Below, one piece after another: positions 8,911 through 17,652 of a stretch of 64,000 nucleotides of DNA. This DNA is from Armatimonadota bacterium. GTDB lineage: Bacteria; Armatimonadota; Zipacnadia; Zipacnadales; UBA11051. The stretch's first letter is position 1. Every line of letters starts with the position of its first letter. The notes under the pieces are model-generated. The model saw only the letters and a list, made by a program, of their open reading frames with translations. It searched no databases and had not been told where the DNA came from. The stretch lies in assembly GCA_013178155.1 (NCBI GenBank), contig JABLXH010000009.1:8548-72547 (forward strand), in the 5' to 3' direction. The translations under genes were made by a program, and so were the position numbers.

Positions 8911-9207
8911 GGCGAGCAGGGTTGAGGCAGGGCGCGAGGGCGCGGGTGGGGAATACTTCGGGCAACTAAGCCGGCGGGGTGTCCCTGTCCCCCCGGCCGA
9001 GGAACTACCGTAACCGGGTGCCAAGCCGTGTAACATCCAGGCAGATGTTTAGGAGTCGGGGCAGGGGGGTAGACAGTAAGTGGCGACCTGGCCTGGGATA
9101 GTCCACACCTTTCACATCCGCCACACGGGCATCGTCTTATGGAACGGTTTCGGCTGGGGGCGTTGTCGGAACGCATCCGCTGATGTCTACCGGGAGGCCA
9201 ACCTTCT

Positions 9208-9996
9208 ATGAGCAAGCGGCGGCAAAAAGGCTTCACACTCATCGAGCTCCTGGTGGTGATCGCCATCATCGGGGTTCTCATGGCAATCCTCTTCCCGGTT
9301 TTTAAGACGGTCCGGGATAAGGCAAAGCAGACCCACTGCATCTCCAACCTCCAACAGATATCGGCGGCGCTGAAGGCGTACCGGCAGGACTTTGGCCGGT
9401 ATCCGCCGCCGCCGTACTACGATGCCACCGCTGCCCGGTACGTAGGTGGGATTAGCGCACTGGTCCCGGATTACCTCACCGACCGCAAGGTGCTGATCTG
9501 CCCGACAGACCGCCAGATCGCCGGTTCAGTGGCGGAGGCAGCCAAGGACAACTGCTACAGCAGCTATAACGGGTGGGTAGCGGACCCCAGCACCAGCTGG
9601 GACTTCGCGCAGGGGACCTTCCACCGTGCGGACGATGAGACGGTCACGATCACCGGGCCGACGCGCTACTACAACTACTTTGGTTACTGTCAGGAGGGCG
9701 CGGACCCTCACTACTACAACAGCTCGATGGACCACAATGTGCCGTACCTGACCACCACGCCGACGTGGCTGACGAACCAGGGGCTGCGTCTACTGCATTA
9801 CCCCCGGCTGATGAACCGGTACGCACCTGACAACACCTACATCACCCACTGTGTGCACCATCGGGCCAGCTACGGCAAGCCGGCGGCGATGATGGATATC
9901 TACCTGACGGTCGGCGGTAGCGCTAAGATCGTGAATGTGTCACAGATGGATGCAATCAAGAATGGCGCTTCGCGTTGGGTAAGGCAGCAGGACTAG
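9208..9996 (+). CDS. Prepilin-type N-terminal cleavage/methylation protein (GspG/DUF1559-like), 262 aa
   Basis: Class III signal KG|FTLIELLVVIAIIGVLMAILFPVF; GspG-like ALKAYRQDFGRYP; RBS GGGAGG. Confidence 0.85.
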   Translation: MSKRRQKGFTLIELLVVIAIIGVLMAILFPVFKTVRDKAKQTHCISNLQQISAALKAYRQDFGRYPPPPYYDATAARYVGGISALVPDYLTDRKVLICPTDRQIAGSVAEAAKDNCYSSYNGWVADPSTSWDFAQGTFHRADDETVTITGPTRYYNYFGYCQEGADPHYYNSSMDHNVPYLTTTPTWLTNQGLRLLHYPRLMNRYAPDNTYITHCVHHRASYGKPAAMMDIYLTVGGSAKIVNVSQMDAIKNGASRWVRQQD

Positions 9997-10049
9997 CCGC
10001 GGACTTCTCGAGTACGGACCAGTGCATGGTGCAGTGGAGGCCTGAGATC

Positions 10050-11987
10050 ATGTTGATGGGAGCCAGTATCGGGCCAAAGTTGAGGAGCCGCAGCGGTCTG
10101 ACCCTGCTGGAGCTGCTAGTGGCCATGCTGGTGCTGCTGGTAGGCATCTATACAGTGGCCAAGGGCTTCCCAACGATGCTGAACCTGATCCGCGGCGAGG
10201 GCGACCGGACGACGATGGCCCGGCTGGCGGAGAAGGAGATGGAGCGCTACGCGCGCGACGGCGAGATGCTGCCCGATGCCATCACCGGCGGTGGGAGCAT
10301 CAGTCCTTACGACGTCGCTGAGGATCCTCTGGATGACTTGCGGCCGCCCAACGCGCAGGAGAATGTATTGGATGTCATCGGAGAGACCTTTCGGGTACCA
10401 GCGGCGTATATCGCGCCCGGTGGGAGCTACGTAGCCGGCACGAGTGCCCAGTATGTGCTGCGACAGGGGCCCGCGCAGTGGACCGACCCGTCTGGCACCG
10501 GCGGCATGCCTTACGTCTACCTGCTCATCCCTCTCAAGGAGCAGAGAGACGATCCCACTGTACCGGGCAGCCCGGGCCTAGCACGCAACTGCTTCTATGT
10601 TGACGCCGACGCCGGTGACATTCTGGTACCCCCCACCGCCTACACGTACGACGGAGACGATGCCAGAGCATGGTCGGTTGACGAGGTCGTGGCCGACTAC
10701 GCATGGTCGGAGCCGGGGGCACCGGGCAGCCGACCGCCGGTGCACTATGTCCAGGGCGAAGCCGTTAACGATCTATCCGGCAGCGGGCCGGTGGCAGCAA
10801 AGGTGCACCCTGCTCACTTGCCGGCGGGTAGCTTCGGGCAACTGATCGCCGGGCAGACGCGGGCGTGGGCGAAGCATTACTTTGTCCGCGAGCCTTTCGG
10901 GGTCGCCTATCCGAGCCAGCCAGGTTTCTACGTGCTCGAGAACAAGTATGGTGCCACACTGCGCTTCCACCCTCAGGACACGGGTCTGACGCTGAAGGTG
11001 GATTACCGCCTGCGAACCGACGTTGGCGACCGACGCAAACTCCTGATGTTCGAGGAGCAAGTGGTCTCCGCCGCCCAGACGCGGGTCGACTCCGGGGGCA
11101 TCCCCTTCACCGACGTGCGCCTGAGCCTGCGCAACCTTGACGACGGTGTGGACCTGGGGCCCGCCTTCGAGGATGACACCCAGGGCAACCCGCTTCCTCC
11201 CGACGAACAGACCAATATCCTGGCTGTGGACATGGTGGATGGCAACGTCTACGTTGAAGGCGCGCCCTTCACCCTGTCTGACCCGGGCCTGACGCCAATG
11301 TTGGAGGATGGTTACCGCGATGGGTTATTGGCATTGCCCCTGGTGATCGCGGGTAACCCCGCACCCTATGTGGGACACCCCATGCGGTTCTACTATCGCA
11401 CTCTGAACCGCCACAATCTCCAGATGCAGAAGGCCCCCCGCTCCTTCGTGGACCGGCGCACCGCAGAATCTTATCAGGCAGCTTACCTGGGTTATCTGGG
11501 GGCTGGCGCAGCGGCAGCTGAGGCGGCCAGCCTCGCTGAAGTCGATTACCGGACCTACGAGCTTACCTACCAGCCGCCACCGGGTAACAACGCCTTGCGC
11601 ATCGGGATACTGACCCTGGGGCAGTGGCTGGACGAGGACTTTGATCCGTCCACAGCCCCGTCGTGGTCGGAGGCTACCAACTGCGCCGGAATGACCGTGG
11701 CGGTAAACTACATGTATTGGACCGGTAACCCCGCTGTGCAGAAGACCGTGTGGGGCGAGATGCACACGTTCTCCACCGGGGGAAGCAAGGTAGCCTTGAA
11801 CTGCGCGACGCTGGCGGACGATGCAGCGACACCGTGGGACGACTATCCGATAACGATCCTGGCGGTGAACGGGGTCTCTGCGCGGATACGGGCCTGGTGG
11901 CTCAACGACAAGGGTGTGCAGAAGCGGGCCGACATCGAGAGCTGCTTCCTGCCCACCGCCCTGGGCCTGCTGCCGCGGGTAAGGTGA
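10050..11987 (+). CDS. Giant PilV-like minor pilin (~645 aa)
   Basis: SG|LTLLELLVAMLVLLVG with Glu5, followed by an amphipathic helix typical of PilV/GspI. RBS TGGAGG precedes ATG 10050. Confidence 0.75.
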   Translation: MLMGASIGPKLRSRSGLTLLELLVAMLVLLVGIYTVAKGFPTMLNLIRGEGDRTTMARLAEKEMERYARDGEMLPDAITGGGSISPYDVAEDPLDDLRPPNAQENVLDVIGETFRVPAAYIAPGGSYVAGTSAQYVLRQGPAQWTDPSGTGGMPYVYLLIPLKEQRDDPTVPGSPGLARNCFYVDADAGDILVPPTAYTYDGDDARAWSVDEVVADYAWSEPGAPGSRPPVHYVQGEAVNDLSGSGPVAAKVHPAHLPAGSFGQLIAGQTRAWAKHYFVREPFGVAYPSQPGFYVLENKYGATLRFHPQDTGLTLKVDYRLRTDVGDRRKLLMFEEQVVSAAQTRVDSGGIPFTDVRLSLRNLDDGVDLGPAFEDDTQGNPLPPDEQTNILAVDMVDGNVYVEGAPFTLSDPGLTPMLEDGYRDGLLALPLVIAGNPAPYVGHPMRFYYRTLNRHNLQMQKAPRSFVDRRTAESYQAAYLGYLGAGAAAAEAASLAEVDYRTYELTYQPPPGNNALRIGILTLGQWLDEDFDPSTAPSWSEATNCAGMTVAVNYMYWTGNPAVQKTVWGEMHTFSTGGSKVALNCATLADDAATPWDDYPITILAVNGVSARIRAWWLNDKGVQKRADIESCFLPTALGLLPRVR

Positions 11988-11992
11988 GACAG

Positions 11993-12763
11993 ATGAGAGG
12001 ACGTCGCTCGTCGAGAGGCTTCTCGCTGCTTGAACTGCTGGTGGTGATCGGCATCATCGCGGTGTTGTCTGCGATCATCCTGCCGGTGGGCCGGCGCTTG
12101 CGCGAGAACAGCCGGACCAGCACCTGCCAGGTCCAACTCTCGCGCATCGGGCAGGCGCTTCGGCAGTACTACATGGACGAGGGAGGCGTGCCGCCCATCG
12201 GCTGCGTGGACGCCAATCTCGACGGACAGCCCGACGATATGGTCGTCGATCCGGACTGGTGGCCGCAGTTGGAGGCGCTGTGGCGTCTGGACTACCTGCA
12301 GGACCGCAAGATCCTGCATTGTCCGCGCCACACGGTGGATGCGATGGGGATGAAGGTGCACAGTGATTCCCCGCAGTTTTACCGCAGCTACGTCGGGCGC
12401 GACGACAAGGTGAAGCCTCTTTCCGGCAGTCTCAAGCAGTTCCGGTATATGCCTTGCCGTTGGGCGACTCCGGCAGCCTACCCGAACGACTACCGAAGAC
12501 AGCTGTGCCAGAATGCGGTGGCTACGATGATCAACGGGGTGAACTATGCTGTCGCTGGTCCCAGCTCGGTGATGCCGGCCGACGACACGATTGTCACCTG
12601 GTGCGACCGCCATGTGGACTACTACAGCATCGGTGGCCACGGTCAGTACATCGTGCTGTATTGGGACGGGTCGGTGCAGTTGCTCGATGAGGAATTGTTC
12701 CGCGATGACACGGTGGCCCCGGCCGAGGCCTGGCTGGTCAAGCCCACCGACATAGCCCCCTAA
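11993..12763 (+). CDS. Prepilin-type protein (GspG/DUF1559-like), paralog of 9208-9996, 256 aa
   Basis: RG|FSLLELLVVIGIIAVLSAIILPV; ALRQYYMDEGGVPP; C-terminal HGQYIVLYWDGSV resembles the H-X9-DG motif. Confidence 0.85.
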   Translation: MRGRRSSRGFSLLELLVVIGIIAVLSAIILPVGRRLRENSRTSTCQVQLSRIGQALRQYYMDEGGVPPIGCVDANLDGQPDDMVVDPDWWPQLEALWRLDYLQDRKILHCPRHTVDAMGMKVHSDSPQFYRSYVGRDDKVKPLSGSLKQFRYMPCRWATPAAYPNDYRRQLCQNAVATMINGVNYAVAGPSSVMPADDTIVTWCDRHVDYYSIGGHGQYIVLYWDGSVQLLDEELFRDDTVAPAEAWLVKPTDIAP

Positions 12764-12773
12764 GAGGCTAGAG

Positions 12774-14486
12774 ATGCTCCAGGGCAAGCGGCGAAGAAGA
12801 GAGATGGGACGAGGCGCAGGGCCCCGCCGTGCGGGGTTCACACTGGTGGAGGTGCTGGTGGTCCTGGCTATCCTGGTGGTCCTTTTCGGCCTGTTGTTTG
12901 CGCCGATGATGGCCGGGATGGACATGGTCAGCAGCGGACGGGGCCAGGCGCACCTTCAGGACGCAGCTCGGCTGGCGGCAGAGCAGATGCAGCGGGAGCT
13001 GGCACAAGCCATGTACGTCTACCCGCTGCCGACTCTGATGACCGTGACGGGACCAGTGACTGACCATTCGCAGATCGTCTTTGTGCCTCCGGCAACCGAT
13101 CCGGCGAGCGGTGCGGTTCTGACGCCGTTGCGCCCGCGCATGGACGCTGCCAGCAACGAAATCCTGGTGACCCGGTACTACGTGCGCCCACCGCGGACTG
13201 GCCCTGGTCTCGAGTACGATGAGAACAACCCCTTCGTGCTCGTGCGGCAGGAGGGCCTCTATCACTACATACCCGGCACGGGGGAATATGAGTTCGGCAG
13301 CTACGATGGCACGGGGAACTGGGTTCGCGACCTGCCGATCATCGAGAACGCACTGACCCCCCAGACCGACTATGACATCCCGGCCACGACGACTGTCTGC
13401 CGGACTTGCGGCGCCGTCGAGGTGGGCTATATCAGCGCCTGCAAGGCGGACGGCAGCACGGACCTCGTCTACCTGCACCGCGACGTGCAGTTCGTGCCCG
13501 AGCGGATCATTGGCGAAGCGCTCGAGGCCGAGAGCCACAACACTCTGTACCGGGCTCGCTACGCGAACTGGATGGGCACCCCCAACAATGGCACCACAGT
13601 TCTGGGGCCGGCGCCACTCCCCAACGGTGAGGCCCAGATGCAACCGAGGTTGGTGGTGTACCGCTGGAACGATGCCGTGACTCCTCCTGACCAACCCAGC
13701 TACAGCACCATCGTGCTGGATAGCTTTGACACCATCCGCAGCGACATCACGCTGCGTTGGAACTCCGCCGATGGTGTGGTTCAGATTGGAGACACGCACA
13801 CCATTCACGTCTCGGTTGATGTGAACTCACCGCCCGCCCCCCTGACGGGTACCTTCTGGCCCCTGAGCGTGGACGGGGACTCCTACAACAGCAGTGGTTC
13901 AATGGGCGGGTCTCCCACCGCGGCCGGGGAGCCGGTCTACCCCAAGCCACCAACCCAGTGGGGCGAGCCGCGTATGCCCATAGCGATTCGCATCGAGCCT
14001 GGCCGCAGCGATGGCCCCACGCTGGTGCCCGCGAAGTTCGTCCCCGGGAGCAGTCATGTCGTCGTCATCGCCACGGCCGGTACTGACGTCCGGCGCGCGG
14101 ACCTGACGCGCGTGGAGAACACGAACCAGTCGGAGATCGGACGCTACGAGTACTGCGAGTACGTGGATCCTGATGAGCAGGGAGCGGAGATTCGCTTCAA
14201 CCGCTTCAGTCCACCATCGCCTGATGACTTCGCAGGCCTGACAGCCTTCGACATCTATGTGACTTACTACTACCGCCGAAACTTTGATCCTGTAAGCGGT
14301 CGCGACGATGTGCTCTATGCCGACTATTCGACGGGAGAGATCATCAACATCACGCTGATCCCGCAGCGGTACCGTGAGCTTGAGGCTTACAATCCGGCCG
14401 AGCCGAACCTGGTGGTGCCACCGGATCTGGTCATGGGCGGCGTGCCGGTGAGCCTGAAGGCGGTGACCCGCAATGCGCGCCACTAG
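12774..14486 (+). CDS. Giant PilW-like minor pilin (570 aa)
   Basis: AG|FTLVEVLVVLAILVVLFG; LQDAARLAAEQMQRELAQA resembles the PilW/GspJ helix ending in (D/E)L..A. Confidence 0.75.
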   Translation: MLQGKRRRREMGRGAGPRRAGFTLVEVLVVLAILVVLFGLLFAPMMAGMDMVSSGRGQAHLQDAARLAAEQMQRELAQAMYVYPLPTLMTVTGPVTDHSQIVFVPPATDPASGAVLTPLRPRMDAASNEILVTRYYVRPPRTGPGLEYDENNPFVLVRQEGLYHYIPGTGEYEFGSYDGTGNWVRDLPIIENALTPQTDYDIPATTTVCRTCGAVEVGYISACKADGSTDLVYLHRDVQFVPERIIGEALEAESHNTLYRARYANWMGTPNNGTTVLGPAPLPNGEAQMQPRLVVYRWNDAVTPPDQPSYSTIVLDSFDTIRSDITLRWNSADGVVQIGDTHTIHVSVDVNSPPAPLTGTFWPLSVDGDSYNSSGSMGGSPTAAGEPVYPKPPTQWGEPRMPIAIRIEPGRSDGPTLVPAKFVPGSSHVVVIATAGTDVRRADLTRVENTNQSEIGRYEYCEYVDPDEQGAEIRFNRFSPPSPDDFAGLTAFDIYVTYYYRRNFDPVSGRDDVLYADYSTGEIINITLIPQRYRELEAYNPAEPNLVVPPDLVMGGVPVSLKAVTRNARH

Positions 14487-14511
14487 CTCAGCACACAAAC
14501 GGAGTCGGGCG

Positions 14512-17500
14512 ATGAGGACACGCCAGCCTTGGCACGGCAGTCGGGGGCAGGCACTGCTGGTGGCGGTGCTGCTAATGAGCGTCATCCTGCTGGTTGGCAT
14601 CCTCTTTGCCGCGATCGTTTCCTACAACCAGGAGCAATCGGCACGTCACGTGGACCAGGTGGCGGCCGAGCTGCAGGCCGAGGCCGGCATCCAGTATGCC
14701 AGCAGCATGCTGGAGAACAGCCCCCAGGGAGCTGACTGGCGACCGCGGACGGTGGCGTTCGATCCGGCCACCTATGACGCTAACGACCCCAGTACCTGGC
14801 CGAGCCCGCCGGCAATGTATGTTGATGGCACGGCTGACCCCAACTTCTTCGGCCCGGATGGCCTACCGGAAACGGAAGACGACTACTACAGTGACTTCGA
14901 GATCATCCGCGGCTGGTTCCCCCTGCGTGCGGGGACGGCGGCCGCTCCGGGGCACTTCATCCGGATGGGGTTCCATCGTTTCCCGGACCCTAACCAGTTG
15001 TCGCCCGACGGCACCAGCAGAGACGAGCCGACCATTGGCCGGGGGTATTTCCTCCTGCAGGTCACCTATGACCCTGACCCACCCTACGAGCCCGGCGACC
15101 CAACGACGCAGGACCGACTGAGCGGCTGCACGCGCATTGTGTCCATCGGGCGTGCGGTAGAGGAGAGCAACGTCTTCCGCCGCGTGGTGGCTTACAAGCC
15201 ACTGGGACTCACCGACCATCTGTTCTGGGTCACCGACGAGTCCGGCACCGCTGGGGAGGCAAGTATCGGTGCTCGGCCGGGCGTGGATTTTGACGCCAGT
15301 GGAGCGGTGGAGAGCAACGAGGCCTTGACCACTTCCCTCGCCGGGCCCATCCGCGCCGCCAACCGTCTGGTATGGGTGGGACAGGACCTGGACCCGTCCG
15401 GCACGGCCAGCCCAAGTCTGCATCTGGACCTGCGTGCCACACCGGTGACGGGCGAAGGCTATTTGCGTGACGATGCCATCCTGGCAGGTCGCGGCCTCTA
15501 CGGCCTTGACGGCCCGTCCGCGGCGGATGGGGCCGAAGTAAGCCTGGATGGCGGAGCGCCAGTGACGCTCCCGGTCACTCTCGACCCGGATGATCAGTCC
15601 CATGAGTCGGACCGCGTGTATGTGGGTAACCGGGTGTCCAGCCTGGAAGCACCCGAGCTGGGAACCAAGGACCCCACCAGTGGCGTCAGTCGCTACCACG
15701 CACTAACCCGCGACTCGGGGGAGATCGTGCTGGCGGATGTTGACGACCCCGAGCACGGTATCGCGGCTGGCGATGCGGTCAACACAGGTCTCTATGGCCA
15801 CGGCGCAGGGCTCTACATTGACAACTTCAGTGACATCCAGTTCCGCGGGCCGAACGGTGACAGCGACCTGAAGACACTCATGGACGACTGGATGCGACGC
15901 CTCGGGAGCGGCCGGGTGGGCGGTGAGAGCGCCTGGAACGCCACCTACACCACCTACTCGCCGCCAGGGGTGGAGATTGAGTTCTTCCCGTCGGAGGAGG
16001 CGGTGCTTCGCACCTGCAGCACTCAGTCCTACTCGACTACCCCTCCCACTGACCCGGGTGTGCTGTGGTGGCCGAACCACAGTGCTAGCGGCAATGAGCC
16101 GGGTATCAAGATCACGCGCCATGACAGGCGCTGGCGCCGGGGCGATGCGGGCCACGTGGGGGCTGACTCGGGCCAGAATGTGATGGTCATCAGCTACCCC
16201 CGCTATCCGCACCAGGTCATTTATGCCGAGGGGAATGTGCGCGTGAAGGGCGTCTTGCCGCCTGCGGAACGTGATGCGGGCAACAACCTGATTCGCGACT
16301 ACAACATTACCATCGTCTCAGGGGGCACCATCTATATCGACGGGCAGTTGCTGACCCCCCAAGACGTGGCTGGTCGCAATGCTGACGGCAGCAGCGCGGG
16401 GGTACGCGACGAGGATAACACCCACGTAGCGCTGCTGGCGCGGGACTGCGTGTGTCTGAACCCGACACAGCTCGTTCCGCAACTGACGGAAGGGTTGGTA
16501 ACAGCGGCGGCGGATGACGAGGCGAACCCGTCCTTGATGGACCAGCACTGGGAGCTTTACCCCGATAGCGGTGGGGTGGCCTACACCCGGTGGCAATCAG
16601 GCTGGCCGAACATGGACGGGACCGGCTCTCCAGGTACACCAGTGGCGCCTGGTGTTGCGGTGAGTCTGGTGGCGATCCAAGCGGGAGACGACCCCGGGCC
16701 CTCCGGGATGGGCATGAACGTATACAACTCGGTGGCGGACACCGTTACACCTTTCACATTCCCGGGCACTGCCGGTGTCGTGGACCCGTACACTTTCATG
16801 TTCGTGCCGCCAGGCGCTCGCGTCCTGACCTCCGCGGGTCAGATACCAACACCAACGGCCTTCGCATCAAACGCGATCGCGCCTAACTGGCAGATTCCGG
16901 GCTCTACCCCTTACTACACCTTCGCCGATCCGGTGGTGCCCTTCGACCTGACGCCCTATGTGACCAAGAATATCGGCGAAAGCAACGTGGTGTCGCTGTT
17001 CCATCGGGATCCGCAGACGGGGTCGGGCTCGACGCCATACTTGCTGAAGAAGTGGAAGATCGAGGAGAGCGAAACTGACGCAACGACAGGGTACCAGATC
17101 CCTCGCGGGGCGGTACACGCCCGCGTGAATGCCATCATGTACGCTGAACGTGGCTGCTGGTTCGTCATCCCCGGGGAGTATTTCGACCCGAATGCGACAA
17201 CGGCGGACTACGATGGTGATGGGACAATTGACCCCTTGGACAGTCTCTACGCCGCTCGCTTCCGGCGCTACAACTATGAGATCACGATTCGCGGCTGCAT
17301 CACGCAGGACCACACGGCCCCGCTGGACATGGTGCAGGACTGGACCCGGAAGTGGGCATACCCCATCTACTCCGGTTCCGGCAATGGGCTGACGCTGACG
17401 TGGGGGACGCTCCGCTACGAGTTTGATGAGCGGGTGCGTATCGCCCGTGACCAGAGCTTGACGACGCTGGCAGGTGCCGTGCGGTCGTCGGGAACACTGA

Positions 17501-17583
17501 CAGTGAGCCCGCTGAGCAACCTACCGAAGCTCCCCTGTCTGCCGTCCAGCCCCACCCTGATCTACAGCGGCGGCACGCCATAG
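14512..17583 (+). CDS. Giant PilX-like minor pilin (~1023 aa)
   Basis: RG|QALLVAVLLMSVILLVG lacks Glu5, which is a PilX/GspK trait; AELQAEAGIQYA is the PilX N-terminal signature. Confidence 0.75.
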   Translation: MRTRQPWHGSRGQALLVAVLLMSVILLVGILFAAIVSYNQEQSARHVDQVAAELQAEAGIQYASSMLENSPQGADWRPRTVAFDPATYDANDPSTWPSPPAMYVDGTADPNFFGPDGLPETEDDYYSDFEIIRGWFPLRAGTAAAPGHFIRMGFHRFPDPNQLSPDGTSRDEPTIGRGYFLLQVTYDPDPPYEPGDPTTQDRLSGCTRIVSIGRAVEESNVFRRVVAYKPLGLTDHLFWVTDESGTAGEASIGARPGVDFDASGAVESNEALTTSLAGPIRAANRLVWVGQDLDPSGTASPSLHLDLRATPVTGEGYLRDDAILAGRGLYGLDGPSAADGAEVSLDGGAPVTLPVTLDPDDQSHESDRVYVGNRVSSLEAPELGTKDPTSGVSRYHALTRDSGEIVLADVDDPEHGIAAGDAVNTGLYGHGAGLYIDNFSDIQFRGPNGDSDLKTLMDDWMRRLGSGRVGGESAWNATYTTYSPPGVEIEFFPSEEAVLRTCSTQSYSTTPPTDPGVLWWPNHSASGNEPGIKITRHDRRWRRGDAGHVGADSGQNVMVISYPRYPHQVIYAEGNVRVKGVLPPAERDAGNNLIRDYNITIVSGGTIYIDGQLLTPQDVAGRNADGSSAGVRDEDNTHVALLARDCVCLNPTQLVPQLTEGLVTAAADDEANPSLMDQHWELYPDSGGVAYTRWQSGWPNMDGTGSPGTPVAPGVAVSLVAIQAGDDPGPSGMGMNVYNSVADTVTPFTFPGTAGVVDPYTFMFVPPGARVLTSAGQIPTPTAFASNAIAPNWQIPGSTPYYTFADPVVPFDLTPYVTKNIGESNVVSLFHRDPQTGSGSTPYLLKKWKIEESETDATTGYQIPRGAVHARVNAIMYAERGCWFVIPGEYFDPNATTADYDGDGTIDPLDSLYAARFRRYNYEITIRGCITQDHTAPLDMVQDWTRKWAYPIYSGSGNGLTLTWGTLRYEFDERVRIARDQSLTTLAGAVRSSGTLTVSPLSNLPKLPCLPSSPTLIYSGGTP

Positions 17584-17652
17584 GACGGTACAGGCGTCAC
17601 TGCGGCCTCGGCCGTGCTCTTCTTTCGCTCCTTCTTTGCGGAGGTAGGAGTC

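Noticed and set aside
8941-9060. Possible c-di-GMP riboswitch upstream of the pilin operon
   Set aside because: The GCAAAC/GAAA tetraloop/GACGCAAAGC pattern of class I and the class II core are not present; only generic hairpins are seen.
9068-9191. 8-bp long-range inverted repeat GGTAGACA/TGTCTACC next to the RBS of the first prepilin
   Set aside because: One 8-bp match within ~330 nt is roughly what chance gives, and there is no supporting structure.
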